Positions 48,867-57,861 of a stretch of DNA of 64,000 bases are shown here, in pieces. Source of the DNA: Candidatus Latescibacterota bacterium (GTDB lineage: Bacteria; Latescibacterota; UBA2968; GCA-2709665); NCBI GenBank assembly GCA_965205485.1, contig OZ242180.1:3968001-4032000 (forward strand), read 5' to 3'. Positions within the stretch are counted from its first letter, which is position 1; every line of letters begins with the position of its first letter. Below the pieces are notes generated by a model. That model was not told the origin of the DNA. It worked only from the letters and a program-made list of their open reading frames with translations, and did not search any database. The translations under genes were made by a program, and so were the position numbers.

Positions 48867-49718
48867 ATGAAACGCAACGTCTGGATTGGCGTGCTGTTCT
48901 GGATAACGGCAATGGTGCAGGTCCAGGCCGGAAACGCCGACTGGTATGGTCTACGCGACAGCCGGCACATCCGCTGGGGTGGAAGTATCGATGAATTGCC
49001 TCAGATTCGTATTCTTCCGCCGGGCGACGAGGAAAACCCGCGGGTTGTTTACGGAGACGGGGAAGGAAGTCTGCACGTTGTCAGATACGTCGACGGGCGC
49101 GGTTACGAGGAGTGGAAGAGTGAACCTTTGGGATCCGCCATACTGGGCGTCTTCGTGGAAGACGTCGATGCCGACGGGGAATTCGAGATTATCGCCTACA
49201 CGTTTACGCGTATCGTGCTATATAGTGTGGAAGACTACAGTTTCATCTGGCAGATCCAGGAAGATATCACCCACATGGCAATTGCAAATGTGGACGATGA
49301 TCCTCAACTGGAACTCGTCTATCTGGTCAAGAGTCTGGGTCATAGCGAGATGCACATCCATGTGTACGACTGTCTGGAGTTGTTCGAACAGGGTATCAGC
49401 GACGTGATACCGAAAGAATCGATTCACGCCCAGAGTATGGTGATCGCGGATTTCGACGATGACTACGGCCTGGAGGTCGTATTGAATACGGGTGTGGTCG
49501 TCGACCTGGAAACTCTGATCATGGAATGGTATTTCGCAGACGGTTTCGGAGACCGTCTGGGGTTTCTGGATATCGACGGTGACGGTGTCCTTGAGTTGAT
49601 CGGAGAGGTGGGAGGACTTCGTCACAGCCGATACCTTCGTATCTTCAACGTAGACATCCAGACGGAGACGTTTCTGGTCCTTCCGGATGACGAATCGCGG
49701 TCACGAGCGGAACAGTGA
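48867..49718 (+). CDS. Exported FG-GAP/VCBS-like repeat protein (heme-less paralog of upstream gene)
   Basis: Signal peptide; DVDADG.FEI, NVDDDPQLEL, DFDDD.GLEV, DIDGDG.LEL; colinear with 47710-48500. Confidence 0.8.
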   Translation: MKRNVWIGVLFWITAMVQVQAGNADWYGLRDSRHIRWGGSIDELPQIRILPPGDEENPRVVYGDGEGSLHVVRYVDGRGYEEWKSEPLGSAILGVFVEDVDADGEFEIIAYTFTRIVLYSVEDYSFIWQIQEDITHMAIANVDDDPQLELVYLVKSLGHSEMHIHVYDCLELFEQGISDVIPKESIHAQSMVIADFDDDYGLEVVLNTGVVVDLETLIMEWYFADGFGDRLGFLDIDGDGVLELIGEVGGLRHSRYLRIFNVDIQTETFLVLPDDESRSRAEQ

Positions 49719-49736
49719 TTGACAACGGATTTCCGC

Positions 49737-51017
49737 ATGGATACGGAATCACGTACAAAACAGGCGCGTAGCGTGGACAATCCGGATGGGAGCGGGGGCC
49801 GCCGACCGTCCGATCCGGACTCCGGCAGGTGGTCCGGCGACAGGCCGTTTTTTCGCATGGCGATTCTGCTGTTTCTGGTGGGCTTCCTCTATGTGCTTCA
49901 TCAGGATCTCTCTCCCTTCCTGATTGGCCTCACGCTGCTGGCCACTCTTGTCATGGTCCGGAAGGGGATCAGGTTCGAAGCCGGCGTGGCGGTTGTGGTT
50001 GTCCTGCTGTTCGGCGCCTGGCTGATGGGAGATATGGCAGGGCTGTTGTGGCCGTTTGTAACGTCGTTCGTGTTGGCCTACCTGCTGTCGCCGCTGGTGG
50101 GACTAATGGAACGCTGGATGTCGCGCACGATCGCCATCGCCCTGATCGTGGTCGTCATACTGGGGGCATTGTCAGGCATCGGCATCGTGGTCATTCCTCT
50201 GGTCACGCAGGAAATTCTCGATTTCAGCCGGCGCATTCCCGTCTATGCGGCGATGCTCAAGCAGTTCTACGATCAGATATTCAACTACCTGCAGTCGATC
50301 GGCGTGAACCTGCCGAGGGGTCAGATACAACAGCTACTGCTGGAGCGGCTGCCGAAGCTCGGCGAACTCTTCGCCGAACAGGCAACCGCGGCCCTGAAGG
50401 GGTTGGGCTCCGGGTTGGCAACGCTCCTGGAGTTCCTGATGATCCCCTTCGTGACCTTTTATATGATCAAGGATTACGACCGCATTGTCAGGACCGTCGC
50501 TCGGGTTCTTCCGCGGCGGCACGCAGCGTCCATCGGAGAATTCCTGGTGCGGGTGGACGAAATCCTGGGGCAATACCTTCGCGGGCAGATGCTGGTCTGC
50601 AGCTTTATTGCGGTGTTCACCGCCACCGGCCTCATGCTGTTCGGGATCCGATATGCGGTCCTGCTGGGACTGATGGCCGGGCTCTTCAACCTGATTCCAT
50701 ATATAGGAATCGCGGTCGCATCCAGCGTCGCGTGCCTGGTCGCGTTACTGGATACGGATCCGGCCGGCAGCCTGCTCAAGGTCATTGGCGTGTTCGTAGT
50801 CGTTCAAAGTATCGAGGGCAATTTTCTGTCTCCCCGCGTCGTGGGTCAGCGCGTCGGTCTGCACCCGGTCTGGGTCATGTTTGCGCTGGTTGTGGGCGCC
50901 CATTTCTGGGGTTTTGTCGGAATGCTCATCGCGATCCCAGGCGCGGCCGTTGTCAATATCCTGTGCAAGGTCATCGCCGAACGTTACTATAACTCTCTGT
51001 ACTACAAGACCGAATAG
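49737..51017 (+). CDS. AI-2E (PerM) family transporter
   Basis: PF..S..LAYLL.P, YLRGQ, NLIPYIG, QSIEGN.LSP.VVG..VGLHP. Confidence 0.92.
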   Translation: MDTESRTKQARSVDNPDGSGGRRPSDPDSGRWSGDRPFFRMAILLFLVGFLYVLHQDLSPFLIGLTLLATLVMVRKGIRFEAGVAVVVVLLFGAWLMGDMAGLLWPFVTSFVLAYLLSPLVGLMERWMSRTIAIALIVVVILGALSGIGIVVIPLVTQEILDFSRRIPVYAAMLKQFYDQIFNYLQSIGVNLPRGQIQQLLLERLPKLGELFAEQATAALKGLGSGLATLLEFLMIPFVTFYMIKDYDRIVRTVARVLPRRHAASIGEFLVRVDEILGQYLRGQMLVCSFIAVFTATGLMLFGIRYAVLLGLMAGLFNLIPYIGIAVASSVACLVALLDTDPAGSLLKVIGVFVVVQSIEGNFLSPRVVGQRVGLHPVWVMFALVVGAHFWGFVGMLIAIPGAAVVNILCKVIAERYYNSLYYKTE

Positions 51018-51158
51018 GGAGTTCTCGAACGTTGGTGCGAATCAGGTTCGACACGTACCCGCGCGGAGGCGACCAGGACCAGGAGGTTCTTCACACATTA
51101 CATTATCACTTGACGGCGATGGCAAGACCCTTTAGATTCTCGTCGAACGAAATGAGAT

Positions 51159-51235
51159 CGGAGCGTGGCGCAGCCCGGTAGCGCACTATCTTGGGGTGAT
51201 AGGGGTCGCTGGTTCAAATCCAGTCGCTCCGACCA
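51159..51235 (+). tRNA. tRNA-Pro(GGG)
   Basis: CGGAGCG acceptor stem, anticodon loop TTGGGGT, GGTTCAAATCC, CCA. Confidence 0.95.
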
Positions 51236-51240
51236 TACAG

Positions 51241-51278
51241 ACAGGGACTTGCGATGTGGATCGCGAGTCCCTGTTTTT
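51241..51278 (+). terminator. Intrinsic terminator after tRNA-Pro(GGG)
   Basis: ACAGGGACTTGCGAT...ATCGCGAGTCCCTGT plus T tract. Confidence 0.75.
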
Positions 51279-51357
51279 CGGGTCATTGCACCTGTTTGCA
51301 CGTACCGGGTTCAGGCATCCACCGGACGTTCAGGACTTGAATCTGCAAATTGCCTTA

Positions 51358-51545
51358 GAAGCTGTTTTAAAATTACCGGTGAGTTCCCGAGCGCGAGCGA
51401 AAAAGTGGCGGTCAAGGCGGGAAAATCCACCCATATCCAATGTATCGTGGCTGCGCGCCCCTCGCCACTCTTGGGTGGGTTTGGCCAACGCCGACCGGCG
51501 CTTTTGCAGCCGCGCGAAGACCGCTGGGAATTTTAAGACAGCTTC
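51358..51545 (+). mobile_element. MITE copy 3 (188 bp), TTA target-site duplication
   Basis: TIRs GAAGCTGTTTTAAAATTACC...GGGAATTTTAAGACAGCTTC; TTA at 51355-51357 and 51546-51548. Confidence 0.87.
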
Positions 51546-51584
51546 TTAAGGTTGCAACGTCGATTTCCAGGAGGCGAGGAAACC

Positions 51585-52514
51585 GTGGGAGGGATACGAA
51601 CGACGTTCCCGTATCGAAGCTGGAGGAACTATGTGACTCTCGGCCTGCGCGGGGTCTGTATGGGTGCGGCGGACGTGGTTCCCGGTGTATCGGGGGGCAC
51701 GATCGCATTCGTTACGGGAATCTACGAGGAGTTGATTTATTCCATCCGTTCCGTGGATCGCCGATTTGCCGTATTGCTTCTTGAGTTTAGATTCGGGGAA
51801 GCGCTGAACAGGGTTCAATGGCGTTTTCTGGGCGCGGTACTCGCCGGCATTCTGCTGGCTGTGGTAACTCTGGCGCACGGAATTCAGTGGATGCTCCAGC
51901 ATCAACCGGACTTGATCTGGGCGTTTTTCTTCGGACTGGTTGCGGCGTCCGTCCTGGTCGTGCGGAAGCGCGTGGTCGCCTGGCGCGGACCGACCTGGAT
52001 CGCCGCGGTGGTTTCCGGGTTGCTTTTCTATGTTGTCGTCGGCCTCGTACCGGTCAAGACGCCGGATTCGCCCTGGTTCCTTTTCATCTGTGGCATTGTT
52101 GCCATTTCGGCGATGATTCTGCCGGGCATCTCCGGTTCCTTCATTCTGGTTCTGCTCGGCAAGTACGAGTATCTCCTGGCGGCATTGAACGACCGGGACC
52201 TTTTTACAATTTTTGTTTTCGGGTCGGGCGCTGCCGTCGGGATTCTCAGCTTTGCAAGGGTTCTGGCATTCATCTTCAAACGGTACCATGACGTTACCGT
52301 TGCAACATTGACAGGACTCATGGCTGGTTCCCTGCGGAAGATCTGGCCCTGGAAGGAGGACGTATTGCCGCCGGGCGGGGTTGAAGCGCCATTGGTGCAG
52401 ATTAACGTGCTGCCCGGGACGATTGACGGCGAATTTGCCGCGGCTGTTGGTATGGCCGTTACGGGTTTTGCGTTGGTGGTCGTGCTGGACCGCATGTCGG
52501 ATTTCCGCCGTTGA
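51585..52514 (+). CDS. DUF368-domain membrane protein (undecaprenyl-phosphate translocase family)
   Basis: MGAADVVPGVSGGTIA, AMILPGISGS, GSLRKIWPW. Confidence 0.92.
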   Translation: MGGIRTTFPYRSWRNYVTLGLRGVCMGAADVVPGVSGGTIAFVTGIYEELIYSIRSVDRRFAVLLLEFRFGEALNRVQWRFLGAVLAGILLAVVTLAHGIQWMLQHQPDLIWAFFFGLVAASVLVVRKRVVAWRGPTWIAAVVSGLLFYVVVGLVPVKTPDSPWFLFICGIVAISAMILPGISGSFILVLLGKYEYLLAALNDRDLFTIFVFGSGAAVGILSFARVLAFIFKRYHDVTVATLTGLMAGSLRKIWPWKEDVLPPGGVEAPLVQINVLPGTIDGEFAAAVGMAVTGFALVVVLDRMSDFRR

Positions 52515-52647
52515 AATGCAGCCGCAGCCCTCTTGGTTGCACGGGTGGTTGTTGGGGTCGACGACTTCCGGGCCAAATGCCGTCGCTTGTCGACTCGGAT
52601 AATTTCCTTGCAAGCGGTACGGTTTCTTGTATTTTAGGAGTCGACTT

Positions 52648-52724
52648 CGGGGCGTGGCTCAGTCCGGTAGAGCGCCTGCTTCGGGAGCAGGAGGCCCCCG
52701 GTTCGAATCCGGGCGCCCCGACCA
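52648..52724 (+). tRNA. tRNA-Pro(CGG)
   Basis: CGGGGCG acceptor stem, anticodon loop TTCGGGA, GGTTCGAATCC, CCA. Confidence 0.95.
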
Positions 52725-52730
52725 CTATTT

Positions 52731-52766
52731 CAAGGGTTTATGCCGATCTGGCGTAAACCCTTGTTT
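52731..52766 (+). terminator. Intrinsic terminator after tRNA-Pro(CGG)
   Basis: CAAGGGTTTATGCC-loop-GGCGTAAACCCTTG plus TTT. Confidence 0.7.
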
Positions 52767-52919
52767 CGTGAATATCTGCGTATATATTGAAAAAACAGCG
52801 CGTCGTCGCTTGCTGATTTCGGTTCTGCAAAAACGAATGCAACGATTTAGGTTTCGAGGTCCGTCTTTCCCGGCAGTTCCCCATACCCACGGGTTTTTCA
52901 ATGCACGCAGGGAAGCTCA

Positions 52920-53105
52920 GAAGCTGTTTTAAAATTACCAGTGAGTTCCCGAGCGCGAGCGAAAAAGCGGCGGTCAAGGCGGACAAATCCGGCTATGAGA
53001 GGTGAGCAAGCGCAGCCTCGATCTCGTGCGACGGGTGGGTTTGACCAACGCCGACCGACGCTTTTGCAGCCGCGCGAAGACCGCTGGGAGTTTTAAGACA
53101 GCTTC
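52920..53105 (+). mobile_element. MITE copy 4 (186 bp), TCA target-site duplication
   Basis: Same TIRs; TCA at 52917-52919 and 53106-53108. Confidence 0.87.
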
Positions 53106-53124
53106 TCAGACAAGGGGTTGCGAA

Positions 53125-54990
53125 ATGACGCAGTGGACGGTTATCGTATGCTCACTGACATTCGTGCTGTTGGTTACGTTGACCCAAAGTGTATACTGCG
53201 GTACGGTTCCGAAAAAACTGGTCAAGATGGGGTGGGACCTTAGGCCGCCGAGTTATGTGGCGGAGCATATCCGCGAGATGGAGAAACGTCCTTTCGACGG
53301 AATCTTTATCCGCCCGACCTTCGGCCATACGTTCTACATGGTGGACCTGGACGAAGCGGACGCCGAGGCGGAGATCGAAGCAATGGGAAGGATCCGGTGG
53401 CGGAAATTCACCGACAATTTCATCTACTTCCACTGCGACGACAACGTGGACTGGTTCGACGATTCGCTCTGGGGCGAGAACAGCCCGTTCCTGCGAAATA
53501 TCGGCTGGTGCGCGAAGGCCGCGCGTGTCGGAGGCTGCGTGGGCCTCGCTTTCGATCCGGAGTTCGTTTACTGGGGACGGCCGTATTGCGCGTGGAAATA
53601 TGAGTGGCAGAAGCACCGGGACGAGAAGAGCTTCGCCGAGTACGAGCGGATCGTGCGGAAACGGGGCGCGCAGTATATGGACCGGATCCAGGAGGAATTC
53701 CCCGATCCGGTGATTCTCACCCTTTTCTGGACGTCGATGCGTCGTTTTCAGGAGGCCGCGCTGGAGACCGACCCGTCCAGGAGGGAAGCCATTCTCAAGT
53801 CCGACTACTATGGCCTCCTGCCCGCGTTCATGACGGGCATGCTCGAGGCCGCCGGCCCGGGAACCACAATCGTGGACGGGGACGAGCACTCTTATTACAA
53901 CAACAACGAACTGCATTATTTCCGGACCTACCACAACATCCACCAGACGGGCCAGGCTTTGATTCCCCCGGAGCTTCGCGGCAAATACCGCCGGCAGGTT
54001 CAGGCAGGGCACGCCGTTTACGGGGACTATCTTTGCGGCACCATGGCCACCCATACCGAAGCGACCTACGTCACACCGGAGGAACGGGCGCGTTGGGTGG
54101 AACACAATGTTTACTGGGCGCTCAAGAGCAGTGACCGGTACGTGTGGTTCTACAGCGAACGCATGGACTGGTGGAACGGACGAAACCTGCCCGGCTATCT
54201 GGAAAGCGCCCTCAGGTCTGCAAAGGAGAAAATCGCGCGGGGAAGGCCTCTGGGTTTCGACGTGGACGAGATTGCCCGCAAGGGCCACCTGGGGAAGGTA
54301 CGGGCAGAGGAACGGCCGATTCAACCGAAGACGTTGCGGGTTCCCCGCCTGCGCGCCGCTGCGCCTGACATCGATGGGGATTTTACGGACGAAGCCTGGA
54401 ATGAGGCGGGGTTCTCGGGACACTTCGTCAACTACGTTGCCGCACGGGCGAAAGAACTGGAGACGGTTACCGAGGCGCTCATGACGTACGATGACACGGC
54501 GCTCTACGTTGCTTTCCGCTGTAACGAACCCGAGATGGATAAGACCCACCCGACCATGTTTACCGATCTGGGCGGTCGGGCCGATCAGGTGGAGGTGGTC
54601 GTGGCCGCCGACGAGGGGATTAAGGCCTATTTTCATATCCGGCTGGATCTCGGGAATGCGCGCTGGGACGCGCGGACCGAGACGGGACTAAGTGAACACG
54701 GAAGCGATATTGCCACCGGACGGGAGGTCTACGGTCGTGATTCCACGTGGTCCGGGGAATATCGAACCGCTACCCGGAAGGAAGCGGATTCATGGTCTGC
54801 TGAATTCGCCATTCCCTGGCGGACGCTGGGTATGGCCTCACCGAAGCCGGGCGACCGGCTCAAGGGAAACCTGCACCGGTGGACCCACCGTCGTCCAACG
54901 ACCGGCGTACTCGAATTCAGCACGTGGTCGGAGACTCGTTACAACCGTGGCGTGGAATTCGAAAACTTCGGCACGTGGATCATCGAGTAG
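53125..54990 (+). CDS. Secreted protein: uncharacterised N-terminal domain plus CBM9-like sugar-binding domain
   Basis: Signal peptide; PFDG, FTDNF, DWFDD, FDPE; C-terminal PDIDGDFTDEAW, YDDTALYVAF, WSAEFAIPW. ORF-track N-terminus is MITE-derived. Confidence 0.75.
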   Translation: MTQWTVIVCSLTFVLLVTLTQSVYCGTVPKKLVKMGWDLRPPSYVAEHIREMEKRPFDGIFIRPTFGHTFYMVDLDEADAEAEIEAMGRIRWRKFTDNFIYFHCDDNVDWFDDSLWGENSPFLRNIGWCAKAARVGGCVGLAFDPEFVYWGRPYCAWKYEWQKHRDEKSFAEYERIVRKRGAQYMDRIQEEFPDPVILTLFWTSMRRFQEAALETDPSRREAILKSDYYGLLPAFMTGMLEAAGPGTTIVDGDEHSYYNNNELHYFRTYHNIHQTGQALIPPELRGKYRRQVQAGHAVYGDYLCGTMATHTEATYVTPEERARWVEHNVYWALKSSDRYVWFYSERMDWWNGRNLPGYLESALRSAKEKIARGRPLGFDVDEIARKGHLGKVRAEERPIQPKTLRVPRLRAAAPDIDGDFTDEAWNEAGFSGHFVNYVAARAKELETVTEALMTYDDTALYVAFRCNEPEMDKTHPTMFTDLGGRADQVEVVVAADEGIKAYFHIRLDLGNARWDARTETGLSEHGSDIATGREVYGRDSTWSGEYRTATRKEADSWSAEFAIPWRTLGMASPKPGDRLKGNLHRWTHRRPTTGVLEFSTWSETRYNRGVEFENFGTWIIE

Positions 54991-55361
54991 TGGATATCGA
55001 ACGTCCGTCATTTTGAAGTCCAGGGGCTATGTCTTACGACTTGGCCCTTTGTCTGTTTGTGGCCCCAAATCAATCGTGTTCTACCATCGCGTCCTACCAC
55101 CATCCTCAGCACGTCTTTTGCTTCCCCAGCGAATTCTGCCGGATCACGCATACACGTGCAGGGTCAACCCCCGGGTGATCTCCTGAGACGATCGTACGCG
55201 AAAATCGGTAGAAATCCAATGGTTGCCTTAAGAAAGTGTGATATTATATTGTAGATTCGGTTTGATTCGGGCTGCCGCTGCATACCAGTCCGGTCGCACG
55301 CGTACCGGATCGGCCCGCGACAGGTTGGTCCGGCAGCAGAACCCACCGCAAGGAACACAAC

Positions 55362-57812
55362 GTGAACGAAGCTCAACACCCCCTCAACGCGCTGCCCCGG
55401 GAGTACCGGCTCCAGGAGTACGAATTGGTAGAGGTACTCGGCACAGGGGGATTCGGCATAACGTATCTGGGCTTTGACCACAACCTCGACAAGAACGTCG
55501 CCGTCAAGGAGTTCCTGCCGGACGATATCGCCGCCCGAACGCAAGACAACAGCGTCGGACCCAAAGCCAGCTACTATCGTGATAATTTCAAGTGGGGGAT
55601 GGATCGTTTTCTGGACGAGGCGCGCACGCTTGCGCGGTTTGACCATCGCAACATAGTCAAGGTACACCGTTTCTTCGAGGCGCATGGCACCGCGTATATC
55701 GTGATGGAATACGCGGAAGGGATGACCCTCGCGGAGTTTCTTCAACGCAAGAAGACGTTGAAGGAGGCTGAACTCAAGGAGATCCTGTATCCCATTCTTA
55801 GCGGCCTGGCGGTGGTGCATGGCGCCGATTTTCTGCACCGTGACATCAAGCCGGGAAATATCGTCCTTCGCGACGAGGACCGGTCGCCGGTGCTTCTGGA
55901 TTTCGGGGCGGCGCGCCAGGCGATCGGTGCGAAGAGCCGTTCCGTGACGTCGATCATCACGCCGGGCTATGCGCCAATCGAACAGTATTCGAAGCGAGGT
56001 AACCAGGGCGCGTGGACGGATATCTATGCGCTTGGTGCGGTGTGTTACCACGCGTTGACGGGTCAGGTTCCGTACGATGCGACGGATCGGGTGCGGGTAG
56101 ATCCTCTGGAACCGGCGGTCGATCGTTGCCGGAATCAGGCAACCGGTGAATTCCTGTCGGCGATCGACTGGGCGTTGCGGGTGGATGAACGGGAACGCCC
56201 GCAGAGCGTGGAAGTGTGGCGTGGAGCCCTGGAGGGTGAACAACCTGACCCGCCGTTGGACCTGCCGGAGGGTCCGCTCGCCAGACTGGGTGTCAAGATG
56301 CCGCTGAGTCGGGTGAAGCGGATCGGCAGCTTGGTGGCCGGGGCGGTGGCAATATTGGCTCTCCTGGTGACAGGCGTTTATTTCATCCACGAATACGTGC
56401 ATCCGACGCAGCACCAGCCAGTGAAAGTTGAAGCGGAACCCGAGATCGAGAGTGAGAGCGGGACCGCAGAGCAGGAGGAAAGTGCGCGTCAACTTGACGA
56501 AAGGATATCAGCCCTGTTGAACGCTGCAAGGGAGGACCTGGCATCGGACCGACTGACGAGTCCCGCCGGCGCGAATGCGTGGGAGAAGTATCAGGCGGTA
56601 TTGGAGCTGTCGCCGGGGCATCCCGCGGCGTCGGCCGGGCTTGAAAGTGTAATTGGTCGATATGAGAGAATATTCGACGCCGCACTGGCCAGGAAGGAGT
56701 TCCGGAAGGCTCAGCGATTCGTTTCACGGATCAGACAGGTGCGTCCCGATGCACCGGTCCTTGCACGGCTCGGGGCTCGCCTGACGTCTGCGCGCAGCGC
56801 TGAACGAGCGCGACGGCAGTTGGAACAGGAGGCGGAGCGCGGCCGGCAGGCCCGGATAGCCGCATATAAGGAGAGATTCGAGGCTGCGTTGCGGGCCGGC
56901 GCTTTCACTATCGCTGAAGAATACATGGATTCGTTGCGGGTCGTTGTCGCGGATGCGTCCGTGTTATCCGAAACGGAGGGGCGTCTGTCGGCATCGCGTG
57001 AGGAGGCCGAGCCGGGCGGCCGCATGGCCGTTGGCAGGGTATTCCGCGACTGCGCGCGGTGTCCGGAGATGGTAATCGTCCCGTCCGGTTCATACCGCAT
57101 GGGCTCGCCCGTAAGTGAGGTGGACCGGGACGAAAACGAGGGTCCACCTCAGGAGGTGAGGATCGATTACCGGTTTGCCGTAGGGTTGTATGAGGTCACT
57201 TTCGCTGAGTGGGATGCATGCACAAATGCCGGCGGATGTAATGGATACAAGCCTGAAGACGAAGGATGGGGTCGCGGTAACCGGCCGGTAATCAATGTAA
57301 GTTGGCTTGATGCACAGGAGTATATAAAGTGGCTGTCGGAAGAGACCGGACATGCGTACCGGATGTTGAGCGAGTCGGAATGGGAATACGTGGCGCGCGC
57401 GGGCACGGCGACCGCGCGTTATTGGGGTGAATCGTCCGAGGACCAGTGTGGATACGCGAACGGCGCTGACGAGGAGGCACAGCAGTATAACAGTTCGTGG
57501 GTGGTTGCGTCGTGCGACGATAAGGCTTATCGTACGTCGCCGGTAGGCAGCTACGTCTCGAATGAATTCGGGCTGCATGACGTGCTCGGGAACGTGTGGG
57601 AATGGGTGGCGGACTGCTGGAACGGGAGTTATTCGGGAGCTCCGGTCGATGGCGGGACGCGGGAATCCGGCGATTGCTCGAAGCGGGTGTTGCGCGGAGG
57701 CTCCTGGTTCAACGGTCCCGGCTTCCTCCGGTCGGCGCTTCGTTACCGGAACTCAGCCGGTTACCGGAGCAACCTGAGCGGGTTTCGTGTTGCCCGCGCT
57801 CTCAGGCTCTGA
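55362..57812 (+). CDS. Membrane Ser/Thr protein kinase with C-terminal FGE-sulfatase/SUMF1 (CLec-fold) domain
   Basis: LGTGGFGITY, AVKE, HRDIKPGN, DFG, TPGYAP.EQY; TM helix; CPEMV.VP.G...MGS, SESEWEY.ARAG, GNVWEW, RGGSW, GFRVAR. Confidence 0.93.
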   Translation: MNEAQHPLNALPREYRLQEYELVEVLGTGGFGITYLGFDHNLDKNVAVKEFLPDDIAARTQDNSVGPKASYYRDNFKWGMDRFLDEARTLARFDHRNIVKVHRFFEAHGTAYIVMEYAEGMTLAEFLQRKKTLKEAELKEILYPILSGLAVVHGADFLHRDIKPGNIVLRDEDRSPVLLDFGAARQAIGAKSRSVTSIITPGYAPIEQYSKRGNQGAWTDIYALGAVCYHALTGQVPYDATDRVRVDPLEPAVDRCRNQATGEFLSAIDWALRVDERERPQSVEVWRGALEGEQPDPPLDLPEGPLARLGVKMPLSRVKRIGSLVAGAVAILALLVTGVYFIHEYVHPTQHQPVKVEAEPEIESESGTAEQEESARQLDERISALLNAAREDLASDRLTSPAGANAWEKYQAVLELSPGHPAASAGLESVIGRYERIFDAALARKEFRKAQRFVSRIRQVRPDAPVLARLGARLTSARSAERARRQLEQEAERGRQARIAAYKERFEAALRAGAFTIAEEYMDSLRVVVADASVLSETEGRLSASREEAEPGGRMAVGRVFRDCARCPEMVIVPSGSYRMGSPVSEVDRDENEGPPQEVRIDYRFAVGLYEVTFAEWDACTNAGGCNGYKPEDEGWGRGNRPVINVSWLDAQEYIKWLSEETGHAYRMLSESEWEYVARAGTATARYWGESSEDQCGYANGADEEAQQYNSSWVVASCDDKAYRTSPVGSYVSNEFGLHDVLGNVWEWVADCWNGSYSGAPVDGGTRESGDCSKRVLRGGSWFNGPGFLRSALRYRNSAGYRSNLSGFRVARALRL

Positions 57813-57861
57813 AAGAAAGCTGTCAACGCTCAGTGTTCGTACGCTGGCACGGAGGACCGCA

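Noticed and set aside
2574..53105. Repeats as a CRISPR array or REP/BIME
   Set aside because: Dispersed single copies with TIRs and target duplications; no repeat-spacer periodicity and no cas genes
54991..55361. DGR template repeat or gene remnant in this intergenic gap
   Set aside because: No similarity to the candidate variable region on either strand and no recognisable ORF
57046..57066. DCARCPE as a heme c site
   Set aside because: CxxC without a following His; common motif at the start of FGE-type domains
57040..57812. Formylglycine-generating enzyme maturing the sulfatase at 30711
   Set aside because: Catalytic Cys pair after RGGS is absent (RGGSWFNGPGFLRS); binding-type domain
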